Below, piece by piece: positions 19,061-26,921 of a stretch of 64,000 nucleotides of DNA. Under the pieces are notes generated by a model. That model was not told the DNA's origin. It saw nothing but the letters and a program-made list of their open reading frames with translations, and did no database searches. A program made the position numbers and the translations under genes. The stretch's first letter is position 1. Each line of letters opens with the position of its first letter. The stretch is from Candidatus Woesebacteria bacterium. Lineage in GTDB: Bacteria; Patescibacteriota; Microgenomatia; UBA8517. Location: contig CP065002.1 of the NCBI GenBank assembly GCA_016700095.1, positions 780,175-844,174 of the forward strand. The letters are read 5' to 3'.

Positions 19061-20341
19061 ATGAAAAAAGTATTAAGTAGTTTTTTTGTAATCGGTATTA
19101 TTGGGATATTAGTCGTTTATTCAACAAATGCTTTCTTCAGTGACACAGAAACTTCAAAAGGTAATGTGTTTGAGGCGGGAAAGGTGGATTTACTTGTCGG
19201 TAGTGAATGTACGTATAATGGACAGGCTTCAACGGAGTGTGGCACATGGGACTCAACTAATTTAGCGCTCGAGAAATTATTCAATTTTTCCGATATCAAA
19301 CCAGGTGATTACGGAGAAAACACTATAAATCTAAGAGTAGAAGATAATCCGTCTTGGCTGTGTATGGCAATTGTTTCAACCTCAAATGATGATACGAGTT
19401 CGACTGAACCTGAATTGCAGGAATTGGGAGAAACTCAGGAAGATGCAGCTAATCTCTGGGATGGTGAATTAAGGCAAAATATGACCTTCCATGTTTGGGC
19501 TGATGTTTGCGATTTATTTCCTGCAGTTCCCGGAGATAATATTTATAAAGAAGACTGTGATGAGAATATAACTGAAAACGTAAATAATGAATCAGCGACT
19601 TTTGCACTTGCCGATAGTACAAGCAACATCTTTACTGGAATATCTGGTCAATCTTTAAACGGAAATGAGAGCTATTATTTAGGATTTGGATGGTCATTAC
19701 CGAGTGATGTTGGGAACATTGCACAAACAGATAGTTTCACAGCAAACATTTCGTTTTACGCAGAACAAGAAAGAAATAATGCTAGTTTTATATGCCCTAA
19801 TTCTTCAGTAGTGTTCTCAGGTGATTTTAATGACGGCAACATAGACAACTGGGAAATCATTGGTTCACATAAAGTACATTCTGATCTAGGTAGCTGGAGA
19901 GTTGAAAATGGAGAATTGCTTCAAACCAACGGAGGTGATGGGTATATGATTTTTGCCGATAACCTTAACTTAAGTACACAAACACTTGAAGTAGATATGA
20001 AGCACAATGATCCTGCTGGATATGGCGGTTTTGTTATTTGGTTTCAAGATTATGACAACCTAATTTATATAAGAATGTATCCTGGTTATGCAGAAATATG
20101 GGTAGAACAATGGGAGAATGGAGTCTCAAGTGTAACCAAGTATCCATATTTGTCAGCCTATTCCACTTGGTACACTTTTAAAACCTTTGCTGATAGTGAT
20201 AGTGGAAATATAGATGTTTATGTAAATGGAGTAAAATTGTTTACTCATCATGCTACGACAACCAAACGCGATGGCAAGTCTGGATTAATGAATGGAAATA
20301 GTGGAAGCTTTTTTGATAATTTTAGATTAACGGCGAATTAA
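19061..20341 (+). CDS. TasA/camelysin (CalY)-like secreted protein with SipW-cognate-class signal peptide and a C-terminal lectin/LamG-like domain
   Basis: The N-terminus (...STNAFFSDTETSKGNVFEAGKVDL, then NFSDIKPGDYGENTINL) parallels B. subtilis TasA (TWAAFNDIKSKDATFASGTLDL...NLKPGDKLTKDFQF). A classic RBS (AGGA) precedes it, unlike its neighbours. Confidence 0.55.
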   Translation: MKKVLSSFFVIGIIGILVVYSTNAFFSDTETSKGNVFEAGKVDLLVGSECTYNGQASTECGTWDSTNLALEKLFNFSDIKPGDYGENTINLRVEDNPSWLCMAIVSTSNDDTSSTEPELQELGETQEDAANLWDGELRQNMTFHVWADVCDLFPAVPGDNIYKEDCDENITENVNNESATFALADSTSNIFTGISGQSLNGNESYYLGFGWSLPSDVGNIAQTDSFTANISFYAEQERNNASFICPNSSVVFSGDFNDGNIDNWEIIGSHKVHSDLGSWRVENGELLQTNGGDGYMIFADNLNLSTQTLEVDMKHNDPAGYGGFVIWFQDYDNLIYIRMYPGYAEIWVEQWENGVSSVTKYPYLSAYSTWYTFKTFADSDSGNIDVYVNGVKLFTHHATTTKRDGKSGLMNGNSGSFFDNFRLTAN

Positions 20342-20380
20342 ACCATAACTTGGGAACTGTAAAAAAATCCAACTTCCCAA

Positions 20381-20800
20381 TCACTGTTTCTTATTCTTCG
20401 ATCCTTTATAGTAGTAATAAGCTAAACCACTCGTAAGAAGCGCTGTATATACCCAACCAGAGTCATCATTAGTATCATCGTCAGCTTCTTGATTATAGTT
20501 ATTTTCAGAGTCCGAAATTAAGTTATTATATTGATTGTAGTTTTGTTTGGGAGTAGAAGTAACGTAAACAGGCTTTGAAGTTGGTACCCTTGTTGGCATT
20601 TTTGTAGGATAAACATATACAGGCGCTGAGCAATTAGGATAATATGGAGCACATGTACTAGATAATGATGTCCCATCGCAACATCCACAACCACACACTC
20701 CGCCATGGTGAGAACAGCAACCCGAGCGAGCATTAATATAATCTGTTGACAATAAAAATAAGAAGAGAACAATGGCAGGTATATAAAATATATACCGCAT
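20381..20800 (-). CDS. Cys-rich secreted protein with C-terminal TM anchor (CCSHHGGVCGCGCCDG motif)
   Basis: Signal peptide, a 12-Cys cluster, a Pro/Thr/Tyr-rich stalk, and a C-terminal hydrophobic helix followed by KNKKQ. Confidence 0.4.
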   Translation of the reverse strand: MRYIFYIPAIVLFLFLLSTDYINARSGCCSHHGGVCGCGCCDGTSLSSTCAPYYPNCSAPVYVYPTKMPTRVPTSKPVYVTSTPKQNYNQYNNLISDSENNYNQEADDDTNDDSGWVYTALLTSGLAYYYYKGSKNKKQ

Positions 20801-20924
20801 AATTTAATTTAGTTGTTATTTGGCTCTTTATACTACTAATTAGTGACAAAGTAAAATGCTGATACCATCGGTTAATAACGAGATTTGTGAATATGAAGTT
20901 TGTGGATTATGCTATTGAAGCAAT

Positions 20925-21449
20925 CTAATCAATAAACTCTAATATTTTACCCACCAACACATTCCTATCCCACAATTCCACTCCATTAACTCGTGCTAAT
21001 CTTTTAGCTTGACGTGTAAAATAACTATTTGTCACAACCATTGCTCCATTACACTTATACATTTTGATTGATCCTAGCGCTTCTCTAACTGCATCCACAC
21101 CAATATATGACTTATGCCGTTTTACTTGAACAGCAATAGTTTTTCCATTCTTTGAAACAATTAAATCAGCACCATAATCACCGTGATATGAACCTACATG
21201 TCTTACTGAATATCCCATATTCCTAAACAAATTAGTTAGGTATTCTTCGAATGCCTGACCATCCATTTTGTCAATCTCATTCATTCCTGCCTTCGATAAT
21301 CTTTTTAGTTTGTATATTTTGTAGACAATTCTTACCACCAGAGATACAAACAAAAATACCCAAATCGGCCAAGTAATTTTCAATGCATTGGGGATACTGG
21401 CAAGAAATGATTCAAGAAGCATCGAAGGCATATCAATTTCAGATGTCAT
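20925..21449 (-). CDS. Membrane-anchored Mrr-cat (restriction-endonuclease-like, PD-(D/E)xK) domain protein
   Basis: FEEYLTNLFRNMGYSVRHVGSYHGDYGADLIVSKNGKTIAVQVKRHK matches the Mrr N-terminal nuclease-domain signature (D...D/E.K). It is preceded by a TM helix (ITWPIWVFLFVSLVVRIVY). TATAAT-N6-ATG promoter. Confidence 0.65.
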   Translation of the reverse strand: MTSEIDMPSMLLESFLASIPNALKITWPIWVFLFVSLVVRIVYKIYKLKRLSKAGMNEIDKMDGQAFEEYLTNLFRNMGYSVRHVGSYHGDYGADLIVSKNGKTIAVQVKRHKSYIGVDAVREALGSIKMYKCNGAMVVTNSYFTRQAKRLARVNGVELWDRNVLVGKILEFID

Positions 21450-21498
21450 TACATTATTATAGCTATTAATCCAACACCCGAATACGACAAAAGGTGTG

Positions 21499-21515
21499 CG
21501 GGGTAGACGGGACTT
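21499..21515 (+). repeat. tRNA-Asp 3'-end fragment copy (gcggggtagacgggact), att-like
   Basis: Identical to the 3' 17 nt of the tRNA-Asp gene at 24654-24670. It heads a roughly 100-nt module that contains a hairpin and ends in the R-B short form at 21597-21624. Confidence 0.75.
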
Positions 21516-21596
21516 AGTTCGACAAGCTCACTCTAAACTTCTCGTCCCGATCTATAAAACAAAAAACCTCACACTTTGGTAAGGATTTTCTTGTTT

Positions 21597-21624
21597 GCGG
21601 GACTTAGTGAACGAAGTTCGAACC
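21597..21624 (+). repeat. R-B repeat copy 7, short form (gcgggacttagtgaacgaagttcgaacc)
   Basis: Lacks the 19-nt internal cctgcccgc...ggg segment of the long form. Confidence 0.7.
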
Positions 21625-21626
21625 TA

Positions 21627-22064
21627 TTATTTGTACAGAGAAAACTTACCTGTAAATTCTCTAAGTTCTTCAGTTGACCCAAACAAAACGATTCCGTAAT
21701 ATTCAAGATCTTCTTCTGGTGTTTCACTTGTTGCATTTTGCTGTTCCTGTGATGTTCCTATTGTCATGGTACTGGTAAAGTCAGAAAAGGGAATATTTCT
21801 TTCAATTGCCTCTTTTCTTACTTTTCTGATTTTATTGGAGTTATCAGCTTTTAATACAATGAATGGGTAGTGTGAAATGTTTGGATGTGTACCGCCATCC
21901 TTATCCCTGTATTGCAGAAAGTACATCTCACTATTTTTTCCAGACCCACCAGCCAATCCAGCTGTTATGTGTCCGAGTGCATTAAGTAGTTTACCCGTTT
22001 CTACTTTTTTATTAAGAATAGCCATAAAGCGCTTAGAATTTTCATCTGGAAGACTTTCTGTCAT
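21627..22064 (-). CDS. Hypothetical protein, possibly DUF2000-like
   Basis: The pattern KRFMAILNKKVETGKLLNALGHITAGLA...DGGTHPNIS...YYGIVLFGSTEEL resembles my recollection of DUF2000, with low certainty. The likely start is the ATG at 22064 (TGTATAAT-N6-ATG), not the TTG at 22079. Confidence 0.3.
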   Translation of the reverse strand: MTESLPDENSKRFMAILNKKVETGKLLNALGHITAGLAGGSGKNSEMYFLQYRDKDGGTHPNISHYPFIVLKADNSNKIRKVRKEAIERNIPFSDFTSTMTIGTSQEQQNATSETPEEDLEYYGIVLFGSTEELREFTGKFSLYK

Positions 22065-22123
22065 AGTTGGATTATACAAGAATATGCTGATATCACAAAC
22101 AACAATTGAGGCTAAAAATCGAG

Positions 22124-22151
22124 GCGGGACTTAGTGAACGATGTTCGAACC
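22124..22151 (+). repeat. R-B repeat copy 8, short form (gcgggacttagtgaacgatgttcgaacc)
   Basis: Preceded by gaggctaaaaatcgag, a partial copy of the 58-nt shared segment. Confidence 0.7.
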
Positions 22152-22157
22152 TATTAT

Positions 22158-23141
22158 TTAAACAACTGCTGCTTCTAGAAATGCCATCGTTAGCTTTTCG
22201 CTATCTATTGAAGTTTTTATTCCGATAGGCATCGGAAGTTGAACCATCTTATGACCAAAGTCGACATCCGCGAGAATAGGAAAATTATATTCATTTGTGC
22301 ATCTTAAGACAATTTCTTTAAAGGAAGGTTCAGTCATTCCATTTATTGATGTCTGTTTCATGTCAACTAACTTACCCACCAACATACCAGATATTACGTC
22401 GAATAGCCCAACGTATTTTAGATGTGTTAATACTCGTTCAACTCTATATGAAGGTGAGTTATCCAACTCCCAAAAGAAAATAGAATCTCTAAGTGAAGAA
22501 ATTGTTGGAAAATATTCCGTACCCATAAGTGAGTCTATCATACTCAAATTGCCTCCAAAGAGGAGTCCTTCAGCTTTTCCTGACCTCCAACTGTGCCATT
22601 TAGTTAGTCGTTTTACCTCCCCGATAGCAGTGTCTGATGTGAGAACCTGCTTAAAGTAAGTTGAACCTTTATCTTTATTGTTCGGTGCAAATTGGTTCCA
22701 TACCCATCCTAACTCATACGAAAGCAAACCCATATGAAAACCCACTAAATTAGCTTTGGTGTAAAAAGCACTGTGAATATTGGTCATATTACTAAAACCA
22801 ATAAATGGTTTGGGGTTTTTCTTAACTAATTCGTAATCTAAATGCTCTAGTACAGTGATGCAATCATTTCCGCCGTCATGAGCAATAACAGCTTTAACTT
22901 CTGGATCTGCATACATAGCATTTATATCATCTGCTCTTTCCTGTGGGGAACCTGCCCTCCACCATTCTCTTTTCCTTAGGTTTTTTGATTCCTTTAATCT
23001 AAAACCCATATTTTCGATCTCTTTTCGTCCAAGCATATATTGTTCCAGATATTCTTTATTATCGTTATTGGGGAACGGATGGGCTGGAGCAACTACACCA
23101 ATCGTATCTCCAGCATTTAGTTTTGGTGGTTTAAGTGCCAT
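22158..23141 (-). CDS. LD-carboxypeptidase (peptidase S66; LdcA/MccF-like)
   Basis: LKPPKLNAGDTIGVVAPAHP... followed by a downstream Ser/His/Glu-containing core typical of S66. The likely start is the ATG at 23141 (TTTGATTATACT-N6-ATG) rather than the GTG at 23174. Confidence 0.7.
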   Translation of the reverse strand: MALKPPKLNAGDTIGVVAPAHPFPNNDNKEYLEQYMLGRKEIENMGFRLKESKNLRKREWWRAGSPQERADDINAMYADPEVKAVIAHDGGNDCITVLEHLDYELVKKNPKPFIGFSNMTNIHSAFYTKANLVGFHMGLLSYELGWVWNQFAPNNKDKGSTYFKQVLTSDTAIGEVKRLTKWHSWRSGKAEGLLFGGNLSMIDSLMGTEYFPTISSLRDSIFFWELDNSPSYRVERVLTHLKYVGLFDVISGMLVGKLVDMKQTSINGMTEPSFKEIVLRCTNEYNFPILADVDFGHKMVQLPMPIGIKTSIDSEKLTMAFLEAAVV

Positions 23142-23218
23142 ATAGTTAGTATAATCAAAGGTTCGAACCAACACTACTGTCTATACAATTTTGGTTAATC
23201 ATTGAAGCTAAAAACGAA

Positions 23219-23332
23219 GCGGGGTAGACGGGACTTGGTTCGACAAGCTCACTATAAACTTCTCGTCCCGATCCATAAAACAAAAAACCTCACACTTTGG
23301 TGAGGATTTTCGTTTGCGGGGTAGACGGGACT
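23219..23332 (+). repeat. att-like module: tRNA-Asp 3' fragment, then 80-nt spacer with hairpin (cctcacactttggtgagg), then a second tRNA-Asp 3' fragment
   Basis: gcggggtagacgggact at 23219-23235 and again at 23316-23332. The spacer is about 90% identical to 24570-24653 and 21516-21596. Confidence 0.75.
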
Positions 23333-23493
23333 CCATCTAGAATCATTCGTAATTACTATTATAAAATTACTGAAAGAATATCATGACTTTGTGTATGCTT
23401 AAACGACTAATTTTTAGGTTATTTAATCAAATCGGGTACAAACAATTTCCTTGTCTGTGTTTATATATTTAGCTTTGCTAGAATAAAGATATT

Positions 23494-24144
23494 ATGTTTA
23501 ACTCAAAGTCAATAATGAATCATAAAGAAATTGAGCAAGCTAGATCTGATTTTAAAACTCATATTGAAAAAACTACGAGCCAAGAAGAACGTAAAGCTGT
23601 TCAAGAAGCCATTCAACAATGCGAAAAAGATAAAAAACCAAACAAATATCAAAAGTCTGCTTATGTAAGTGAAATTCCTGTTTCAAATAACAACTTAAGT
23701 TCAGTCCAAAGTAAGCTTCCTATACTGATCAAGAATAAGTTCATTAAAACTTTACTAATACTTGGGTTTATTGTTCCTCTAATATTGCTTTGGGTAATTA
23801 CTAATATTTTAAAAATCGATCGAACAAATAATGTTTTCATTTATATTTTAGTTCCTATTTTCTTTTTATCAGTAACACTTATTCCATTTACGGGAATAAT
23901 TAAATATATTGCTAAAATATTGCCATCTAATTTTTTCAGTCTACTATGTCGAAACCAATTTAACATAAATAAATATCGAAAAGATAAGATAAATCCAACA
24001 GGGAAAGAATTGAAATTGGAAAAGCATATCTACGAACTATATACTTTCGGTTTTGTAACCTGTTTGGAATGGTTCATGATAATTTTTGGGGGCATTTGTG
24101 CATTGATTTCAATAAGTGTACCTTTCATTATCGGTCATTATTAA
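23494..24144 (+). CDS. Membrane protein (about 4 TM), unknown
   Basis: The N-terminal soluble region is Lys/Glu-rich, followed by hydrophobic helices. Confidence 0.4.
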   Translation: MFNSKSIMNHKEIEQARSDFKTHIEKTTSQEERKAVQEAIQQCEKDKKPNKYQKSAYVSEIPVSNNNLSSVQSKLPILIKNKFIKTLLILGFIVPLILLWVITNILKIDRTNNVFIYILVPIFFLSVTLIPFTGIIKYIAKILPSNFFSLLCRNQFNINKYRKDKINPTGKELKLEKHIYELYTFGFVTCLEWFMIIFGGICALISISVPFIIGHY

Positions 24145-24234
24145 ATTTAAAGTTTGATGCAAATACAAAGACACAGAGGCATGCATTAGGATGCAGATAA
24201 ACTATAAATGCTAAATCGCGTTATATATATAAAA

Positions 24235-24534
24235 TCAAACACGACGAATTCTTCCATTTTCGACCGTACAACCATTTTTCTTATAGAATTCCTCTAGCTC
24301 TGAATCGCTCATTCCCTGAGGTCTAAAATCTGCAGTAATTCCACCTGTATGACTTTCAAAACCTTGCAACAATTCGCTTCCTACACCTTTTCTTCTGTAA
24401 TCTTTGTCAACTTGAATATTGTCCAAATGGCCATCAGCCCCCCTACAGCACTTCCAACTATTTTTGGTCCTTCTTCTGCAGTTAGATAAACTACGTCATC
24501 TGCTGTTTTATTTCGTCTTATTCTAACCATCGTA
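24235..24534 (-). pseudogene. GNAT acetyltransferase fragment, frameshifted at a G5 run near 24426
   Basis: The C-terminal ORF carries GNAT motif A (VDKDYRRKGVGSELL). A 31-codon N-terminal piece lies in another frame. The total length is too short for an intact GNAT. Confidence 0.35.
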
Positions 24535-24555
24535 CTACACAGATTTAACTGTTCC

Positions 24556-24569
24556 TGGGTAGACGGGAC
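24556..24569 (+). repeat. tRNA-Asp 3'-end fragment (gggtagacgggact), about 85 nt downstream of the tRNA gene
   Basis: Forms a direct repeat with the tRNA 3' end at 24654-24670. The intervening spacer carries the hairpin cctcacactctggtgagg (24623-24640) followed by a T-rich run. Confidence 0.75.
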
Positions 24570-24653
24570 TTAGCCCGACAAGCTCACTATAAACTTCTCG
24601 TCCCGATCCATAAAACAATAATCCTCACACTCTGGTGAGGATTTTCTTGTTTG

Positions 24654-24728
24654 CGGGGTAGACGGGACTCGAACCCGCGACCTTCCGCGTGACAGGCGGA
24701 CACTCTGATCCAACTGAGCTACTACCCC
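24654..24728 (-). tRNA. tRNA-Asp (anticodon GTC)
   Basis: Hand-folded cloverleaf. Acceptor stem ggggtag/ctacccc, anticodon loop cTGTCAc, T-arm gcgggTTCGAGTcccgt. Length 75 nt. CCA is not fully encoded. Confidence 0.9.
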
Positions 24729-25271
24729 ACAAATTAGCCAAGCTAATTATGCATGAGAATTATAACTCAGAATTAGTTAGTCGACAAGGTTAAACAAATA
24801 ACTACAACAAAGTATCGGCCACTTCAATTGATTAAATTATCTAGTATTCCGTTATTAGTAAACAAATTTATATCACTGAGTAATTATTAATATCTCTACT
24901 ATAAATAAATTAATACAAAGTTGCCTGTCAATATTTTTCTTATCGTGATACATTTTAGTAAGTATTAGCCTTCGTGTATGTACGTGAAATATTAATGAGT
25001 ATAAATATTACTCTTATTGCCATATCGTGTTAATGCGTGAAAATATTACTTTACTTATATTTATCGCGATAACGAAAGAGAACCAGTCGAATTGTGTCGT
25101 TTTTTCGCACAAATCTACTTGACAACAGACACCTTATAGTTTACATTCGGCGTAGTAGAATATAATAAGTTTACTAACCTATATCTACATACTTGGTAGA
25201 CAAATTTACCAATTCTGTTCTTCTGCCTACGTAAATTTATAAAACAATTATAAAATTGGGGGTGATACACA

Positions 25272-25985
25272 TTGAAATCATTTTTAAAGAAAATTAAATT
25301 AAATGAATCCACGATTAGCATGGGGTTAGGTACTATTGTGATAATTATCGTTGGCGTATTAGTAGTAAATTATTTCAAGACGATAGAAACACCTTCCGTT
25401 CTTCCTCAAGACGAATTGGAAATTACAACTAACGAATTGGAAACACCAACAAATCAACATACAGTAGTTGCCGGTGAAGATCTGTGGAAAATATCAGAAA
25501 ACTACTACGGAACCGGATATAACTGGACCGATATTGCACAAGCTAATAATCTTACAAGTCCTGGTAGCATCAAGGAAGGACAAGTGCTTACACTTCCTAA
25601 CACAGAACCGAAATTAATCGGGTCAGAGTTAGCCGACAATCAAAATGTGACCGTAATACCAACAAATACTATGGAAACGCAACCTTTGGTTACCCTAGTG
25701 GAAATAACACCCACAAACGAGCCTGATCGCGGAACTCTTTTGTCTGAAGCCGCAAGCGATGAAGTCGTAGATACAACTATCAATGCAGACGAAACAGGCG
25801 AGAGTGACATGCCAAGCGATAAAATTGAAGGAGAAACCTATACCGTCGTTAGAGGCGATAATCTTTGGAAAATCGCCGAAAGAGCATATGGGGACGGTTA
25901 TAAATGGGTTGATATTGCCAAAGCCAACAAACTGGTTAATCCTAGTATTATTCACGCAGGAAACGTGTTTGTAATACCTCGATAA
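25272..25985 (+). CDS. LysM-domain peptidoglycan-binding protein (N-terminal TM plus two LysM domains)
   Basis: Two LysM repeats (HTVVAGEDLWKISENYYGTGYNWTDIAQANNL... and YTVVRGDNLWKIAERAYGDGYKWVDIAKANKL...). TTG start with a strong SD (GGGGGTGA) 7 nt upstream. Confidence 0.8.
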   Translation: MKSFLKKIKLNESTISMGLGTIVIIIVGVLVVNYFKTIETPSVLPQDELEITTNELETPTNQHTVVAGEDLWKISENYYGTGYNWTDIAQANNLTSPGSIKEGQVLTLPNTEPKLIGSELADNQNVTVIPTNTMETQPLVTLVEITPTNEPDRGTLLSEAASDEVVDTTINADETGESDMPSDKIEGETYTVVRGDNLWKIAERAYGDGYKWVDIAKANKLVNPSIIHAGNVFVIPR

Positions 25986-26223
25986 GTGCACGTGTTATAC
26001 TGGTTGATATACTACTCGTAGCAAACGAGTTTTGGTTTATTTGATTCTTTTATGAGCCAAGATATACGTTTTGGTGGATTGAATAAAATTGAATAAACAA
26101 CTACGGCTTAAATCCCGTGGTTTTCTTAAAAAAACTCGAAAAGTTTGTTCACAGCTTCGCTTGAGACGCGGGCTAATTGCCAACGGTTTTTAGCGAATTA
26201 TGAATAAATTTAATATCGTATAT

Positions 26224-26296
26224 GCGATGGTAGCTCAGCTGGTAGAGCGTCTGCTTCCCAAGCAGAAGGTCGCGGGTTCGACTCCCGTCCATCGCT
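26224..26296 (+). tRNA. tRNA-Gly (anticodon CCC)
   Basis: Acceptor gcgatgg/ccatcgc, anticodon loop ttCCCaa, T-arm gcgggTTCGACTcccgt. Confidence 0.85.
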
Positions 26297-26394
26297 CACA
26301 GTTCATTAACGTTTTATTTAGTTAAACATAGGTATACCAAATTGTTGAGATCACTTGTTTTGACTATCATTATTTTTGCGTGATATAGTAAATT

Positions 26395-26634
26395 ATGCAG
26401 GGACAATCTAAAACCAAGGATAGGTTTTATATGGCTATTCTTGTCGGGTATGCTTTCGCTCTCGGTTTGCTTTTTTGGAACCAGTATCGACCAAATGTAA
26501 TTCTTGCCAGGTGTAGCGATATTGCCATGAAATCTTCCCAGGCATATCAACGCAATGAACTCGTTTTGGACGATACAACTATCAAGGGTTATGAGGAATT
26601 GCTTCATGAATGTTTAAATGACTTTGGTTATTAA
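26395..26634 (+). CDS. Small hypothetical membrane protein (79 aa)
   Basis: One TM helix (MAILVGYAFALGLLFW). Lies between the two tRNAs. An antisense ORF overlaps it, so the strand is uncertain. Confidence 0.25.
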   Translation: MQGQSKTKDRFYMAILVGYAFALGLLFWNQYRPNVILARCSDIAMKSSQAYQRNELVLDDTTIKGYEELLHECLNDFGY

Positions 26635-26692
26635 ATTAATTTACTCTCCACATCTCACGTAGTAAAATTGCATTGTGTTTTGTGTTAGGCAT

Positions 26693-26766
26693 GCCAAGGT
26701 AGCTCAGTTGGATAGAGCACTGCTTTCGTAAAGCAGGGGTCGCGGGTTCGACTCCCGCCCTTGGCT
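26693..26766 (+). tRNA. tRNA-Thr (anticodon CGT)
   Basis: Acceptor gccaagg/ccttggc, anticodon loop ttCGTaa, T-arm gcgggTTCGACTcccgc. Confidence 0.85.
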
Positions 26767-26921
26767 CAGACATGGCATATCTAAAAACTCGTTGCTTAAA
26801 AAAATAAAGACTAAATTCAAAAAAATATTAAATCAGTTGAGTGTAAATCGTAAATAATCTGCCATTTTGTTCCAAAGTTTGCTATAGTTTGTTTTATACG
26901 TGTAAGTACGATTAGAATTTA

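Noticed and set aside
20518-20772. 84-aa ORF overlapping the Cys-rich protein gene in another frame
   Set aside because: It is a same-strand overlapping frame. The Cys-rich reading frame has the signal peptide and promoter context.
8905-22151. R-B elements as tRNA genes or pseudo-tRNAs
   Set aside because: They contain a GTTCGAA-like segment, but no acceptor, D or anticodon cloverleaf can be drawn. Only the first 11 nt resemble the tRNA-Asp 3' end.
22297-22659. 120-aa plus-strand ORF antisense to the LD-carboxypeptidase gene
   Set aside because: It is embedded in a gene with clear S66 family features and has no start context of its own.
6000-24730. Classical integron (intI plus attC cassette array)
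   Set aside because: No IntI-like tyrosine recombinase is in the window. Cassette genes lie on both strands and carry their own promoters. R-B only loosely resembles attC (no clear R''/R' GTTRRRY cores). It is kept as a repeat-delimited array instead.
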